A DNA stretch of 64,000 nt from Eledone cirrhosa. Lineage: Eukaryota. Made by a program: the position numbers and the translations under genes. The notes under the pieces are model-generated. The model worked only from the letters and a program-made list of their open reading frames with translations, was not told the DNA's origin and did not search any database. The DNA lies in contig OZ024740.1 in the NCBI GenBank assembly GCA_964016885.1, positions 258,478,001-258,542,000 on the forward strand. The letters are read 5' to 3'. Of the stretch, positions 26,360 through 39,220 are shown one piece after another (position 1 is the first letter of the stretch; each line of letters begins with the position of its first letter).

Positions 26360-27130
26360 GATGTTTTACCCTTCTTGCAGCTGTCTCACCGTAAAGATCA
26401 TGCCCGTTGTCCCTCTACTATTTCTAAAGCCACACTGAGATTCAGGAAGGATTTCATCAGTGATGTTGTCAAGGAGCCTGTCGAGTGTGATCCTACAACA
26501 GACAGAATGGATAACCCACGGTAATTGCTAGAGTCGTCCCTTCCACATTTGCCTTTATACAGAACCACCATTAGTGCATCTTTCCAGTCATGTGGGACAG
26601 TCTCTTCAACCCAAGCATTTTGGATTAAGGTAGTTAGACTGCAAAGTAGATTTTCACTTCCACATTTGAAGATTTCAGCACAGAGTCCATCCATCCAGTG
26701 ACGTACCACTATTCAGCTTTTTCACAGCAGTTTGAACTTCTTCTAGGGAAGAAATTTCTGCCATTACATCTTTAGTGGGTCTGCAGGGAACGGTGTCGAC
26801 AAATCCGTCATCAACCTCAGAGGGCCTGTTTAAAAGTCTGTCAAAGTGTTCACACCACCTGACAAGAATATCCTTTGGATCCCTAAGCAATTATTTGATG
26901 TCCTGAGTGCGAAGAGGTGCAACTAGAGAGAATAACGGCCCATATACTTCCACACAACAAATTATACAGTAACTTTGTATTGTTGGAATCAATACCCGCA
27001 GCTTTATTCCTCCACTACTCATCTTGCCTGCTACAAAGACTATGCTACATTTTAAAATTCACCACGTCGAGCAAGTCTTCTCTCTTGCTCATTTCAGGTC
27101 CGCCAGCTAACACTTTTGTAAGCACTGTGT
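26360..27130 (-). mobile_element. RTE (BovB-like) LINE RT fragment
   Basis: RWCEHFDRLLNRPS, DGLCAEIFKCG, PHDWKDA, NYRGLSILSVVG. Confidence 0.85.
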
Positions 27131-27138
27131 TTATCTAA

Positions 27139-27330
<192 letters not shown>

Positions 27331-27339
27331 TGAGTGTCA

Positions 27340-27640
27340 ATAAGTGAGATTTTTATGCGCGAGGACAGAAATAATCGGGCTGGATACCCGAACGTGCAGT
27401 TAAACCACTGGGAGTGAAGGACCCCTAGCACTTGTCAGGGCATTCTTCTAGGAGAAGGTATCTCAGGAAACTGGGTTAACTCCGACATAAAACCTGCGGC
27501 TCAGTAGTTACCGATGATGTTGATCTTTTCTTTTCGGGTTATAGCTACTGTCGCTCAGAGAGTGGGATTGGCTCAGTGCACAGTCTTTCCTCACTTTAAA
27601 AATATTCTTCACGCACAGGCATTGCACGATTGCAGTAATT
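27340..27640 (+). mobile_element. RTE 5'-UTR-derived short element
   Basis: GTCAGGGCATTCTTCTAGGAGAAGG resembles RTE 5' UTR motifs; followed by (ATT)n. Confidence 0.45.
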
Positions 27641-28136
27641 AATAATTATTAATATTATTATTATTATTGGCGATCTACGTAGTAAATCGTATCATCGTGA
27701 GCTCCGCAAAGGTTTGTTATTTTCAGTTGTTTAAAATTGCCATTTATGGAAAATGTTTATTATTAACTGTATATAAGTGCACATACATTGATTTCTGAAA
27801 AGGACACTATTGGGGTCTTGAGCCCAAAATTTAAACTTTTTATAATTATCAAACAAAAGTTTTCTTTAAAAAATCATGGATGTCTCAGAGTCACGCCTTC
27901 CTCACACTCTAACACCTCTCACAGACACCACCATTGTATATATTGCTACGTTTGCCAACACTGGAAATGTAAGCAGTACCAATATTTTAAATTTGTCTCA
28001 GGCAGACGTTCATTTCCCGCCATTACCAATGACTGCAGGTGTTAAAGCCGCAACCACCACCATCACCGCGACAACCTAAACAGCGGATCCCCCATCACCA
28101 CCACCACAGCGACAGCAGAAACAAAAAAAAAATTAA

Positions 28137-29799
28137 TTGACTCGTGATATCGAAATGAATTCAACCAAAATGAACTCTTCCACACCGAACACCACTGACG
28201 CCACCACCACCACAACTGAAACTAAAATTAACAATAGCAAAAATAACGATAACAACAACAGCAACAATAAAATTAAGAAAACTACCCTGAGTTTTGCCAG
28301 AGTAGCAAAAACGTGCGAAGCGAACCAGGTAACTCAGGAGGAATTAGAAGAAGCCATAGAAATGGTAAAGAAAGATGGGTGCATGGTCAGTCCCCCCCCC
28401 CACCTAATAAAATGGAGCAACGTCGTCTATGCACCGTGTCCTATCGGACAATTAACATAACATCGCGCCGAGTGGAACGGGCATCCGAGTCCCAAATCCA
28501 AAAAGCTTTGGGACATGTGTGGACAAAAAAAACCCACATCAGACGTGAGCAGAAGTATGGAACCGTGAACACAGGAGGCCAGGTAACACTCCATGGCCCC
28601 ATTAAGAAGTGACGACTTCACACTCGTCCCAAGCTTTTGTGGCCAGAGACTTGTGAAGATCAGGGTGACCCACGTTCCACCGGCCATTTTTATTCCCTGG
28701 CTAATGGCTGCCGTCCTCGCCGGCATCGAGGCCAACACCAAAATAATAGAAATAACAAAAGAAAAGCAGGAGAACTGGTCCGGATCTGGGATGGAGCTCC
28801 TGATCCAAGCGGACCATAAAAGCATTGAGGAGATCCCAGAGGTAATAGACCTCACTGACGGCAGCCACCTCACCATAATGGTCGAGGGCAGAAGACCTAG
28901 GTGTGTCGTTTGTGGTGAAGGAACCCACCTAAGGGCTTTCTGCCCTCAGGCTAAAAGGTTGAGGCCACCTCTCTTACCCACCCAAGTGACTCAACCATCA
29001 ACACCACCAGCAGCAGAAATGGCAGCAACAACTGTAGCAACAACAACAGAAGCAACTGAAACAGCAACAACCCCAGCAACAGTAGCAAAACCAACAACAC
29101 CACCACCCAACGCGCCAGAACTAGCACCAAGCCACAACAAAAGCAAACACCTGTGGAGGATTTTCCACTCCCCGGCCTATCGCAACTGGAAACAGATTGT
29201 GACGACGAGGAGTGGGAAACGGTATCAGGAAAAAAAAAGAAAGAAACCAAAAAAGAAAAAATTCTCTTCCTTCCCCCTCCGAAAACAAAATACAGAGGGA
29301 AACAAATAAATTAACAAATAAAAAAGTTAGGACAGATATGCCACCATCCACACCAGCATCACCATTCCCATCACCACAAACACCAACACTATCACCATCA
29401 TTAACCCCAACACCACCATCACCAACACCACAAAAGTCACCAAAAAGCGTAACAGAAAGCAACCCACAACAAACGCAAACAAAACAAAACAACCAAAACG
29501 ATACATACTACACAGCATTAAATTTGAACAACAACCAAATATTACAGTACATCCAACACAACACCAGCACCACAGAAAAATACTACACAACAACCCAAAA
29601 GTTCACACCAACTCCACACATACAAATCACTCGCATCACACAGAAAACGTACACGACACTAAAACAAAAATTCCCCAAAGACATCGGAGACTTCCGACAA
29701 ACACTCTTCAGGAGGATTTATAAGGACATCCTTCCGGAGGAGGCCACAAGCAGTGAAAAGGATGGACAAACCATCCTTCCTCTACGAGAAGTAAGGTAA
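28137..29799 (+). pseudogene. Tx1 ORF1 (gag-like, CCHC zinc knuckle), frameshifted
   Basis: VEGRRPRCVVCGEGTHLRAFCP followed by a Thr/Pro-rich tail. Confidence 0.7.
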
Positions 29800-29833
29800 G
29801 TGGTCTTTCCCATCTTTTCCATTCCATTTCAAC

Positions 29834-32226
29834 ATGACCTCTCTCAGAAAATGCAGCATAAATGCGCGTGGCTTGGGGTCGTCATGGAAGCAGGGCCACC
29901 TGCTCAACGACCTCAGGTCACTAAACATAGATGTAGTGGCCATCAGCGAGACCAGAATCTCCGAAGCACGGGCCTTCGCACCGATCTTCGGCGGCTACGA
30001 TGTGTACGCATCTCCCAGCCGTCCGGGATCGGGGGGAGGAGTTGCTGTGCTTTTTCGCAGAGGTTTGGATCTCGCCATACGGGCCATCTTCCTGGACCCA
30101 GAAGGTAATTTGGTGGTGCTAGACGTGACCAGCGGAGACGAGCAAGCTTTCAGGCTAGTGGCCGTCTATGCCCCGACAGGAGCAGGGCGGCCTGATTTCT
30201 TCCGGCGCCTGGAGACCTTTCTTGGAACGTCCCGCTCTTTAGTGTTAGTGGGCGACTGGAACGGGATCTTAGATGCACGCTGGGACTGTGTGGGATTAAT
30301 GGATAGGGGAGGAGCGTGCAAGAGCCTCAACAACCTGCTCAGGCGTTTTGAACTGTCTGACAGGTACCGATTGTATTTCCCGAATGTGCCAATGTGGACT
30401 TGGACAAATAGCAAAGAGGTTGGCGCTTGTCGTTGGTGGTCTGGGGGGAGAGGCGCTACATGCGCCATTCCCGACAAATCCATCCACGACAACCTCCACC
30501 CCATGCGATACATCGTAGAGAGGGTAGCTAGAGAACCTGGCACGGGTGGGTCCTTGATCAATTTAGATCAGTCGAAAGCTTTCGATAGGGTCGACCATCG
30601 TTACTTAGCGGCAGTCCTGAGGGCGGCTGGCTTTGGGGCCGTCTTCAGAGGCTGGATCGCTGCCATGCAGAGCGACATCTGCTCTGTGGTGAGAGTGAAC
30701 GTTTACCTTTCGGAACCGTTCAACATCATGCGCTCGGTCCGCCAAGGATGTCCCCTCTCGTCCCTCTTGTACGTATTGACTCTCGAGCAATTACTGCACA
30801 AACTGGAGACGTTGAGGGGCGTCCCGCGTGAACTAGGATGCGGAAGATCAGTGTCAGCATACGCGGACGATGTCACCGTGGTGGTGTCGAACGCCAAACA
30901 CATCGAGGCGATCGGCACTACACTAAGAGAATACGAAGCGGTGACAGGAACAATGAGCAACCAGTAAAAGTCAGTGGGCCTGCAGCTCGGCACCTAGAGA
31001 GGCAGGTCCATGCCGTCCAACAGCGTCGTCGGGCGCTGGCCGGACGGACCGGTTAAATTGCTAGGGGTCTGGTTCGGTCCGGAACTCCACACAGACAAAA
31101 ACTCGGACGAGGTGACGAGCAGGCTTGCTTCTCTCACCCAGAAATGGGCGGAGAGGAAGCTATCCTTGAAAGGTCGAGCGGAGGTGGCTAACGCGTACAT
31201 CACGTCTGTCATCTGCTACCTCCTGACCGTCGTACCTTGTCCTAAGCCCCGCCTGACTGCAATGGAGCGTTTGCTCTTTCGCTTTTTGTGGAAGGGACGC
31301 GCTCCGATGGTCAGGCGGTCCATCTGCTGTCAACACCCGCTACGTGGACGGCTGGGCATGCCGTGGCCTGTGATGCGCAGACACGCGCTCAGGCGACGAC
31401 ATCTCCACCTCTTTCTCGACGGTGATCAGGTGTGGTCGCCGTTTGCTAGACACGTATTTCCCCAGCTCGTTTCCTTGACGGAGCTGCAGTCCTGGGTCAA
31501 ACGAAGATCGAGAGGGAGCGCCTGGAGACTGGAATGTCTTCAGGCACTCACAGCCCTCGACCAATCGGGCAATGTGATCGGTGGAAACTCCACCTCGGCG
31601 TTCTATAGAGGATTAGTGGAGGGGAAGAGCGACGACGTACTTGGGGAAACTCTAGGCGTCGACGAAAATCAACTAGCCAATCTCTTCGGAAGAACTTTCG
31701 GGCCGGGACCTATGGACAACTTCCAGAAATCTCTGGCCTGGCAGTGTTACCGAGGAGCCTTGCCAGTTCGGGATAAACTCTACAGGCATCTTGGTGCCGT
31801 CAGCCGGTATGTCCGAGATGCGTGCAGGGCGACGAAACCGTCCTGCATGCACTCGTGCAGTGTCCGAAAATTGCTGACTTGTGGGTTTATGTCGAACACC
31901 TGCTGTCGCGTGTAGGACGGATCCGGCTATCATCTGAGTCCATCGTGAGGATTGCCCCGCCCTCTTCCTTTAGCCGGGAAGGGCAGGCAGTTTTTATCTG
32001 TCTGGTGGCCATGGCGAAAGCGATAGTATGGTGGACACGTTTGAAAGGGCTGAAGACGAGCACTTACCTCTTCGGTGATGCCCTGATTGACTTTGTCAAA
32101 TTTCATTTGAAAAGGAAAATCAGAGTAGAGAGGGAAGTGCTCTCTTCCCAGTATTTTGTTGAAAGATGGGTGAGAGAAGCAAGAATGGCCCGAGTGAATG
32201 GGCCTACTCTGAGTACGTATCTGTAA
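29834..32226 (+). pseudogene. Tx1 ORF2 (APE endonuclease-RT-zinc knuckle), internally deleted
   Basis: SINARGL, ISET, VYAP, GDWN; LDQSKAFDRV, VRQGCPLS, AYADD; ETVLHALVQC. Confidence 0.9.
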
Positions 32227-32559
32227 ATTAAAGGTGGAAAACTGGGAGAGAGCACTTGCCTTGGTGGTCAGGGTCATTGTGGCCTTTTACTGGGCTTTCT
32301 CCACAAATGTCCCTCCGAAGTCTCCCCCCTATTGGGGAATTTTTCATTGTTATTTTTTTGTTACATCCTCTGTTTTTGTTTTTTTACACGCAGAAATGCC
32401 CATTTGTACCGTCCTGTATTGTCCTGCACTTTCCTTAATGTCTACTTTATGTAAACCCTTGTGGTTAATAAAGAAATCATTGTTGCTGTTGTCGTTATTT
32501 TTATTGTTTTTATTATTAATATTATTATTGTTTTTTGAGTCTCAGTCATTGATGTTAGT

Positions 32560-33498
32560 TAACTGGAAAGTTTGTTGAAATGAATATCAAGCCACTATCT
32601 GCAGCCTCAGATATTCAGGACGTATCGGAGGGTTCTTGCTGTTACCAGCAAACATGCCTTTTGAGGTGTTCCAAAAAGCGGGGCGGGGCCAATTTTCTTT
32701 AACCATCCCTGGAAACTTTTTGAGATAGTACCTAGTGCGCCTATGACAATCGGGACCACTTTGACTTCATGGCAGTTCCAAATAATTTTTACCCCCCACT
32801 TTAAGTCCTGGTATCGGTTAATTTTCTCCCTCTCCTTCTCTTGCACTCTCGTGTCGAATGGGCAGGCCACATCCACAATCAGGCACGATCTTTTTGCCTT
32901 GTCCAAAACCACCAGGTCAGATGTATTGTGTTCCATTTTCTTGTCCGTCTGTATCCTAAAATCCCACAGCACCTTCACCTGATCGTTTTCTATCACCGCC
33001 TCTGGCTTATGCTCATACCACTTCTCAGAATGTGGGAAATTGTTTACTTTGCATAGGTGCCAGTGGATCACCCTGCCCATCACATCATGTCTCCAGCCCT
33101 TATAGTGAGTCTGGGCTAGGTGTTTACACTCGGATACAATGTGAGCCACAGTCTCCTCTCTCTCTCCACAGATCCTGCACAGTGGGCTTGCCTCCTCCTC
33201 GTAAATATGGTATTTCAGCCACTTCGTTTTGAGGGCCTGCTCCTGCGCAGCCATTAGCATTCCTTCTGTAGCCTTTTTAAGGTCTCCTCTTCTCAACCAG
33301 TTCCATGTCTGTGGATCTCTGAATTCAGTTTTCTCAAAAAAGGTACTATGAAGGGATTTTTCATGAAGGCTGCTCTTTCTCCTCGTTGTTATTTCCTCCT
33401 TGGACATCCCCTGCTCTATTGTCCTCTCCTTCAGTACAATTCTGAGCATTGGCTCCTTACTATCAGTCAGTATTTGTTTTTCTCCATCTGAACACAGT
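32560..33498 (-). mobile_element. R4/Dong-like RLE retrotransposon, 3' fragment
   Basis: AAQEQAL, CRICGEREETVAHIVSEC, RHD, LWDFRIQTD, PIVIGALG; flanked by TAA/ATT repeats. Confidence 0.88.
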
Positions 33499-33508
33499 AT
33501 TATTATTA

Positions 33509-33542
<34 letters not shown>

Positions 33543-33611
33543 GCTTTTTTTGGTTTGTTTTTTCTCGTGCAATGGCCATACTCGTTAACGAGGGTGCAGC
33601 CATCATGTATG

Positions 33612-33650
<39 letters not shown>

Positions 33651-33651
33651 G

Positions 33652-36600
33652 TGAGATCACTGCTACTGGCAACATGTAACCCAGTATAACCTTTCGCATA
33701 GTCAGGTCGTCGGCGACTAAACCGGCTACCCCACCAAGTTTACTTGGTGAGGAGGGTGATTTTAGACACCCTGCAGGACAAAAGACAAAACCTGACAAAA
33801 GGCGGAAGAACTCATATGAGTCAACCGCCATCCAAATACGTGTAAATATGTATATACTATATGAGTGTGGGTGTGTGTAGGATTGATTGCACATTTGTTT
33901 GTACATATATATACATTTGATAAAAGATTTGTTTTTTTAATGTTTAAAAACCTTTTAAACCCTTTTAAAACTTTTAAAAAGCTTTTTTTTAAAATGTGCA
34001 TTGAAAATTGCCTGCACATCAACGTAGGGTAGTTTACTGCGCCTATCGGTGGTTCATTGGAGCAGGGAAAGAAAAAGTGAATTACAAAGTAAAACATTTA
34101 TGAAAATTCGAATCAAACTAAATATTTGCTGCTGGAATGTCAGAACCCTTCTGGAGCAAAACTCCTCAAACCGACCAGAAAGAAGAACCGCACTGGTAAC
34201 AAAAGAAATCCAAAGATTAATATAGATATTGCAGCCTTGTCAGAAACATGTCTCTCAGGGTGTGATCAGCTGACTGAAGAATCATTAGGTTTCACACTTT
34301 TCTGGATAGGGAAACCAAAAGGAGAACGGCGAGATGGTGGTGTATGTTGTACAGTACGAGAAACTGTAGCACAAGATTTAGAGTGCTCCTCTAGAATCAG
34401 TGACCGTATAATGAAGTTGCGCATTCCATTTGCATATGGGTGATGTGCAACAATTGTGTCAGTTTATGCTCCAACTCTCCAGGCCGGTGAAGAAAGTATT
34501 ATGACATTCTATGAATCCATTCGTGCTACAATTGCATCTATTCCAGTCGAAAAAAAAGTGATAATTCATGTAGTTTCAATGCCAGAGACCATAAGACATG
34601 GGATGCACTAGGCCATTACGGCATCGGTAAGATGAATGCGAATGCTTTGAAGCTGCTTGAGCTCTGTTCGGAACTCAACCTAGCAATTTGCAATACATTC
34701 TTCAGCCAAAAGAAGATGCGTAAATTTACCTACGGTCAAAAGATGGTCACATGATATATTTCATAGTAACCCGGAGATGCGACCGGAATGTTGTTTGTAA
34801 TGTGCGTGTCATGCGTAGTGCAGAATGTAACACAGCCAAGATGGTTCGCGGGAATTTTAAGTTACTTATTCGGAAAAATTCTTGTATGTGGGGGATCAAA
34901 ATTCTAAAGTGTATTGTTGTTGGTAAGTTAAAACAGCAAGAGGTATATGGGGCTTTGAATAAACGTTTGAAAAATATTAACTTCGATGGAACGTGGATAA
35001 ACTTCAGAGATCAATTGTATACAGCAGGAGCAGAAAACATTGGATTCAGGGTAAAAAAAACAACCTAAAGTCTGGTTTGATGATAATAAACTGGTTATCA
35101 GCCAACAATTAGAGAAAAAAGCTTCTGGGAGAGTGCTCTACGAAATTAACTGCTGTTAATAAGACATATAAAGAATATAAAGCCACCTTACAACGCGAAC
35201 TGAGAAGGCTTAAGATAAATGGCGGTTGAAGATCTCTGAAGATATTCAAAGTGCTTATAGCGTAAAGGATTCAAAACAGGTTTATAGTGTTTTGGGTGCA
35301 GTATATGGTCCAACAACTTCGCCTATTGTCCCAATTACGTCCAAAGACGAAACTTCCTTCATCAAGGAATCAGAGAAAATCCTTAAGCGTTGGCAAGAAC
35401 ATTTCACTGATTTATTTGATAATCCATCATCAGTTGATCATGATGTGCTAGATAGCATCCCCCAATGTGTTGTAAACTTTTAAATGGATCGATTACCAGA
35501 TTATAATGAGGTTAAAATGACCATCAACAAGTTAAACACAGGTAAAGCACCTGGATCAGATGGAATTCTGAGTGCTGATACCATCTATCCACAAGATTGG
35601 ATAGATGGTATCAGCGTGACCTTGTTTAAAGTTAAAGGGGATAAAGGAATCTGCGATCACTACCGTGGCATCACTCTGTTGGAGTCTGTGGGCAAAGTTC
35701 TTGCTAGATTATTGTTGAACAGATTGATGGAGGATATTTGTCCTACAGTAATCCGTGAATCGAAAAGTGGATTTAGATCTGGCAGAGGGACGATTGATAT
35801 GATCTTCTCTGCAAGGGAGATACAGGAGCAGCGGGTTCCTCTGTATCAGGTTTTTGTTGATCTGACAAAGGCCTTTGATACGATGAACAATTAGGTGCAT
35901 TGTGGAAAATATTAGGAAAAATAGGGTGCCCAGCAAAGTTTATTGATATATTCGTCCGACTGAGAATTGTCCAATGAAATCCCAGTTGACAATGGCGTGA
36001 AGCAAGGAGATATTTCGGCTCCCACACTGTTTTCAATATGTGTTGCTGTGATGCATTCCAGGACTGTGCAAAGGGTGTTCTATTGCAGGTTAGAACTACG
36101 GGAAGGATCTTTGACCTAAGAAGGTTCAATTTCAAATCCAAGGTGCTCCAAATATTAGTTAGAGAACTCCTGTATGCAGACGATGTTGACTTTCTGGCTC
36201 ACTCTCAAGATGGCATTGCAACACATCATGGATTGCTTTGCAGATTCTTGTAATGCCTTTGGTATGAAAATTAATCTAAAGAAATCAAGGTAATGTTCAC
36301 CCCATCACCAGGGGAAGCATATATTGAACCAAATATAATGGTACATGGAACTAGGTTGGGTGTTGTTGACACTTTTGTTTACCTGGGTAGTGCATTATCA
36401 ACAGATGGTTCACTGGATGCAGAAATACACCAGCGCATTCAGAAGGCCTCTGTATTCTTCGGAAAACTTGAAAAGAGAGTGTGGGCGGATCATGGCATCA
36501 ATATCAAGACCAAGATTACTGTGTACAAGCCCTGCATTTTGAGTGCTCTCTTGTACTCTTCGGAAACGTGGACAGTGTACCGTAGACACCTTAATTTGTT

Positions 36601-37390
36601 AGAACACTTTAATCAAAAGTGTTTAAGACGGATCCTAAACATCACATGGCAACAAAAAATACCTGACACACAAATCCTTATAGTTTCTGGTTGCACCATC
36701 ATTGAGTTTACCATAATATGCTCCCAAATGCGTTCGGTAGGCCATGTTGTGCGCATGAATGAGGAAAGACTCCCAAAACAAATATTTCACAGTCAATTTC
36801 ACACGGGGAAACGCCCTCAGACACAAACCAAGAAAAGATGAAGTTCAGAACTGGGAAGTGCTTGTTTTAAAGAGGGGTAAATGGAGAGGACATGTGAAGG
36901 AAGGCTGGAGAATGTTTGAAGAGAGACGTCTTGATCGTGAAATACGTAAACGTCAGCTTCTAAAAGGCCACTGTATGAACCTCAATAAGAACATAGGGAG
37001 CTTGATTTGTGAAATGTGTGTTCGTGTACTGATCTCTAAATCTGGGTACATCACTCATTTAAAACTACATAAAAAGCCAACTTATGCAGCTCTATCGCTC
37101 CAATACTAGGTGAGACAACATGAGTGGTGTGCAAAAAGATCTACAAATCAATCTCTGGTCTTAAAAGGCATATGAGGGTACATAAGGATGACATTCCATT
37201 AACTGACCCAATCAATCCAATAGAGGGCAAATTTTTTGACTGTCACATTTGCTGCAAATCGTGCAAATCTAATGCTGGACTTAAAAGCCACCTAAGGGGC
37301 CGTGGAAGGACGTTTGGAGTTGGTGATGGTTGATGGGGGTGTAAAAGGAGACGGCAATCATGTTAAAAAATGAAGCAATCACCATATATG
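33652..37390 (+). mobile_element. Near full-length degenerate RTE LINE (APE-RT-C2H2 fingers)
   Basis: IDIAALSET, RWQEHF, GFRSGRGTIDMIF, FVDLTKAFD, LLYADD, YLGS, RLPKQIF, then C2H2 motifs; 5' UTR shared with 45720-45882. Confidence 0.88.
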
Positions 37391-37391
37391 C

Positions 37392-37422
<31 letters not shown>

Positions 37423-37429
37423 CATATAT

Positions 37430-37497
<68 letters not shown>

Positions 37498-37594
37498 TGA
37501 AATTTCCGTTGGAAACAGAAAAGGTCATAGAAATGAAGAGTGCTCTATGTAAGTATCAGAGCAAATTTTAATGTATAAAAATCAATACAATATA

Positions 37595-37672
37595 ATTACC
37601 TCATTACCAGAGGTTTCCCGAATGAGGCGAATACGAAATAAACGACTTCATTCGTTCGTCAGACGAGGCAAT
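37595..37672 (-). ncRNA. Type I hammerhead (mirror copy)
   Basis: Reverse complement of 37881-37958. Confidence 0.8.
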
Positions 37673-37880
37673 ATAAAACATGGGTAAATACTTAGAAAAA
37701 CTCATCAAGAAAATCAAAAAAAGATATAGATAAATGAAATAGAAATTGAAATATATAAAAATCTATCAAGAAATATAGTTAGGTGTATAGATTTTTATAT
37801 ATTTCAATTTCTATTTCATTTATCTATATCTTTTTTTGATTTTCTTGATGAGTTTTTCTAAGTATTTACCCATGTTTTAT

Positions 37881-37958
37881 ATTGCCTCGTCTGACGAACG
37901 AATGAAGTCGTTTATTTCGTATTCGCCTCATTCGGGAAACCTCTGGTAATGAGGTAAT
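37881..37958 (+). ncRNA. Type I hammerhead ribozyme
   Basis: ATTGCCTCGT-CTGACGA-a-CGAATGA...TCATTCG-g-GAAA-CC-TCT-GG-TA-ATGAGGTAAT; 10-bp stem I, GUA site. Confidence 0.82.
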
Positions 37959-38005
37959 TATATTGTATTGATTTTTATACATTATATATATATATATATA
38001 TATAT

Positions 38006-38386
38006 ATAGGAAAATGTTCAAGACCCCGACGGCAGAACTCAAGCCGTTTCGACGGCTATTTCTGGACTCAGAAATAGTCGTTGAGGTCTTGAACATTTTC
38101 CTATTACGCACTCTACTACCCTAAGTATTGAGTACTCTGGTGCGTTATGGTCCACCTGGTTCCTTACCACACTTCCTTCGTTATATTTATATATAGAAAA
38201 AAGTATGACCCCGACGGCAGAGCTCAAGCCGTTTCGACGGCTAATTCTGGACAGAAATAGCCGTCGAAACGGCTTGAGCTCTGCCGTCGGGGTCATACTT
38301 TTTCCTATTTCTCACTCTACTACCCTAAGTATTGAGTACTCTGGTGCGTTATGGTCCATCTGGTTCCTTACCACAATTCCTTTGTT
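38006..38386 (+). repeat. Tandem dimer of ~190-bp units, each beginning with a palindrome
   Basis: Units 38006-38182 and 38193-38386; palindromes 38006-38104 and 38193-38308. Confidence 0.9.
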
Positions 38387-38409
38387 ATATATATATATAT
38401 ATATATAAT

Positions 38410-38572
38410 TGTGTTTACTTTTGGCACAAGGCCACCAATTACTCCAGTGTATTACTGGTGCTTTATTTTATCGACCTCGTAAAGATAAAAGGCAAAGTTA
38501 ACATCGGTGGGATTTTAATTCTGAACGTAAAGGGCCATAACTCTATGCTGCAAAGCATGGTGTCTGACGCCA
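38410..38572 (-). mobile_element. SINE, same family as 26038
   Basis: Reverse-complement match to the family body. Confidence 0.8.
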
Positions 38573-39089
38573 AATATTAATAATAATAAGGGAACCAAGA
38601 ATCAGTGTTGCATCATATACATATTTAATCACATATTACATATGTTTCAATGTCGATCAGCTCGAGGAACCATCGATTATCTTCGTTCCTGACTCTGGAA
38701 TCGAAAGCTTGTCAGATATGTGTTTACACATGTAGACTCACGACCAAATGGAAAAAATGGAAAGCGAAGTTGACGTCTGCGTGGTTTTAATTCAGAGAGC
38801 AGAGACGTAGAAGGAATAGCGCAAGATATTCACCCGAACAGTCTAGTGATTCTTCCACCTTTAGAATATATTAATACAGTACAATACCATCGTTCATCGT
38901 TGCGTAGGTTCTCCGTGGGTTCTTACACGTGAACAGCCTTCACGGAAAAAATGGCTAAGCATTCCACAAAAACTATTACCTTTAACTTCATTCTCATGAA
39001 AATTCACCAATATAACTTGTGTGATAAGACTGACCCTTTGAATTAAAGGAGCAGTCGATATAAAGGGCGTCAACTCAGTTTTCCTCTAC

Positions 39090-39220
39090 AGAATTTCACT
39101 CACGATACTTGGGTAAACTGGAGGCTATGGTAAATGACACATGCACGAGATTGCAGGCAATGTGATCAGACCCAACACCTAATGATTGCGGAGCTATCCA
39201 CTTAACCATTCAGCCATGCT
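39090..39220 (-). mobile_element. Degenerate tRNA/CORE-like SINE
   Basis: GAGGCTATGGTAAATGACAC...TTAACCATTCAGCCATG. Confidence 0.55.

Larger units (their letters stand above)
27850..32475 (+). mobile_element. Near full-length Tx1/L1-clade retrotransposon, degenerate
   Basis: ORF1 with CCHC knuckle, ORF2 with APE and RT, 3' end GTGGTTAATAAAGAAA; 5' boundary approximate. Confidence 0.88.
37569..37984. repeat. Perfect 198-bp inverted repeat with 20-bp spacer (inverted pseudo-LTR type)
   Basis: 37569-37766 is the reverse complement of 37787-37984. Confidence 0.95.

Noticed and set aside
38667-38718. Hammerhead remnant TATCT...GAAAGCTTGTC-AGATA; similar weak cases near 5080, 12850, 55815, 57225 and 61200
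   Set aside because: Core missing or carrying several non-compensated changes; indistinguishable from chance without family alignments.
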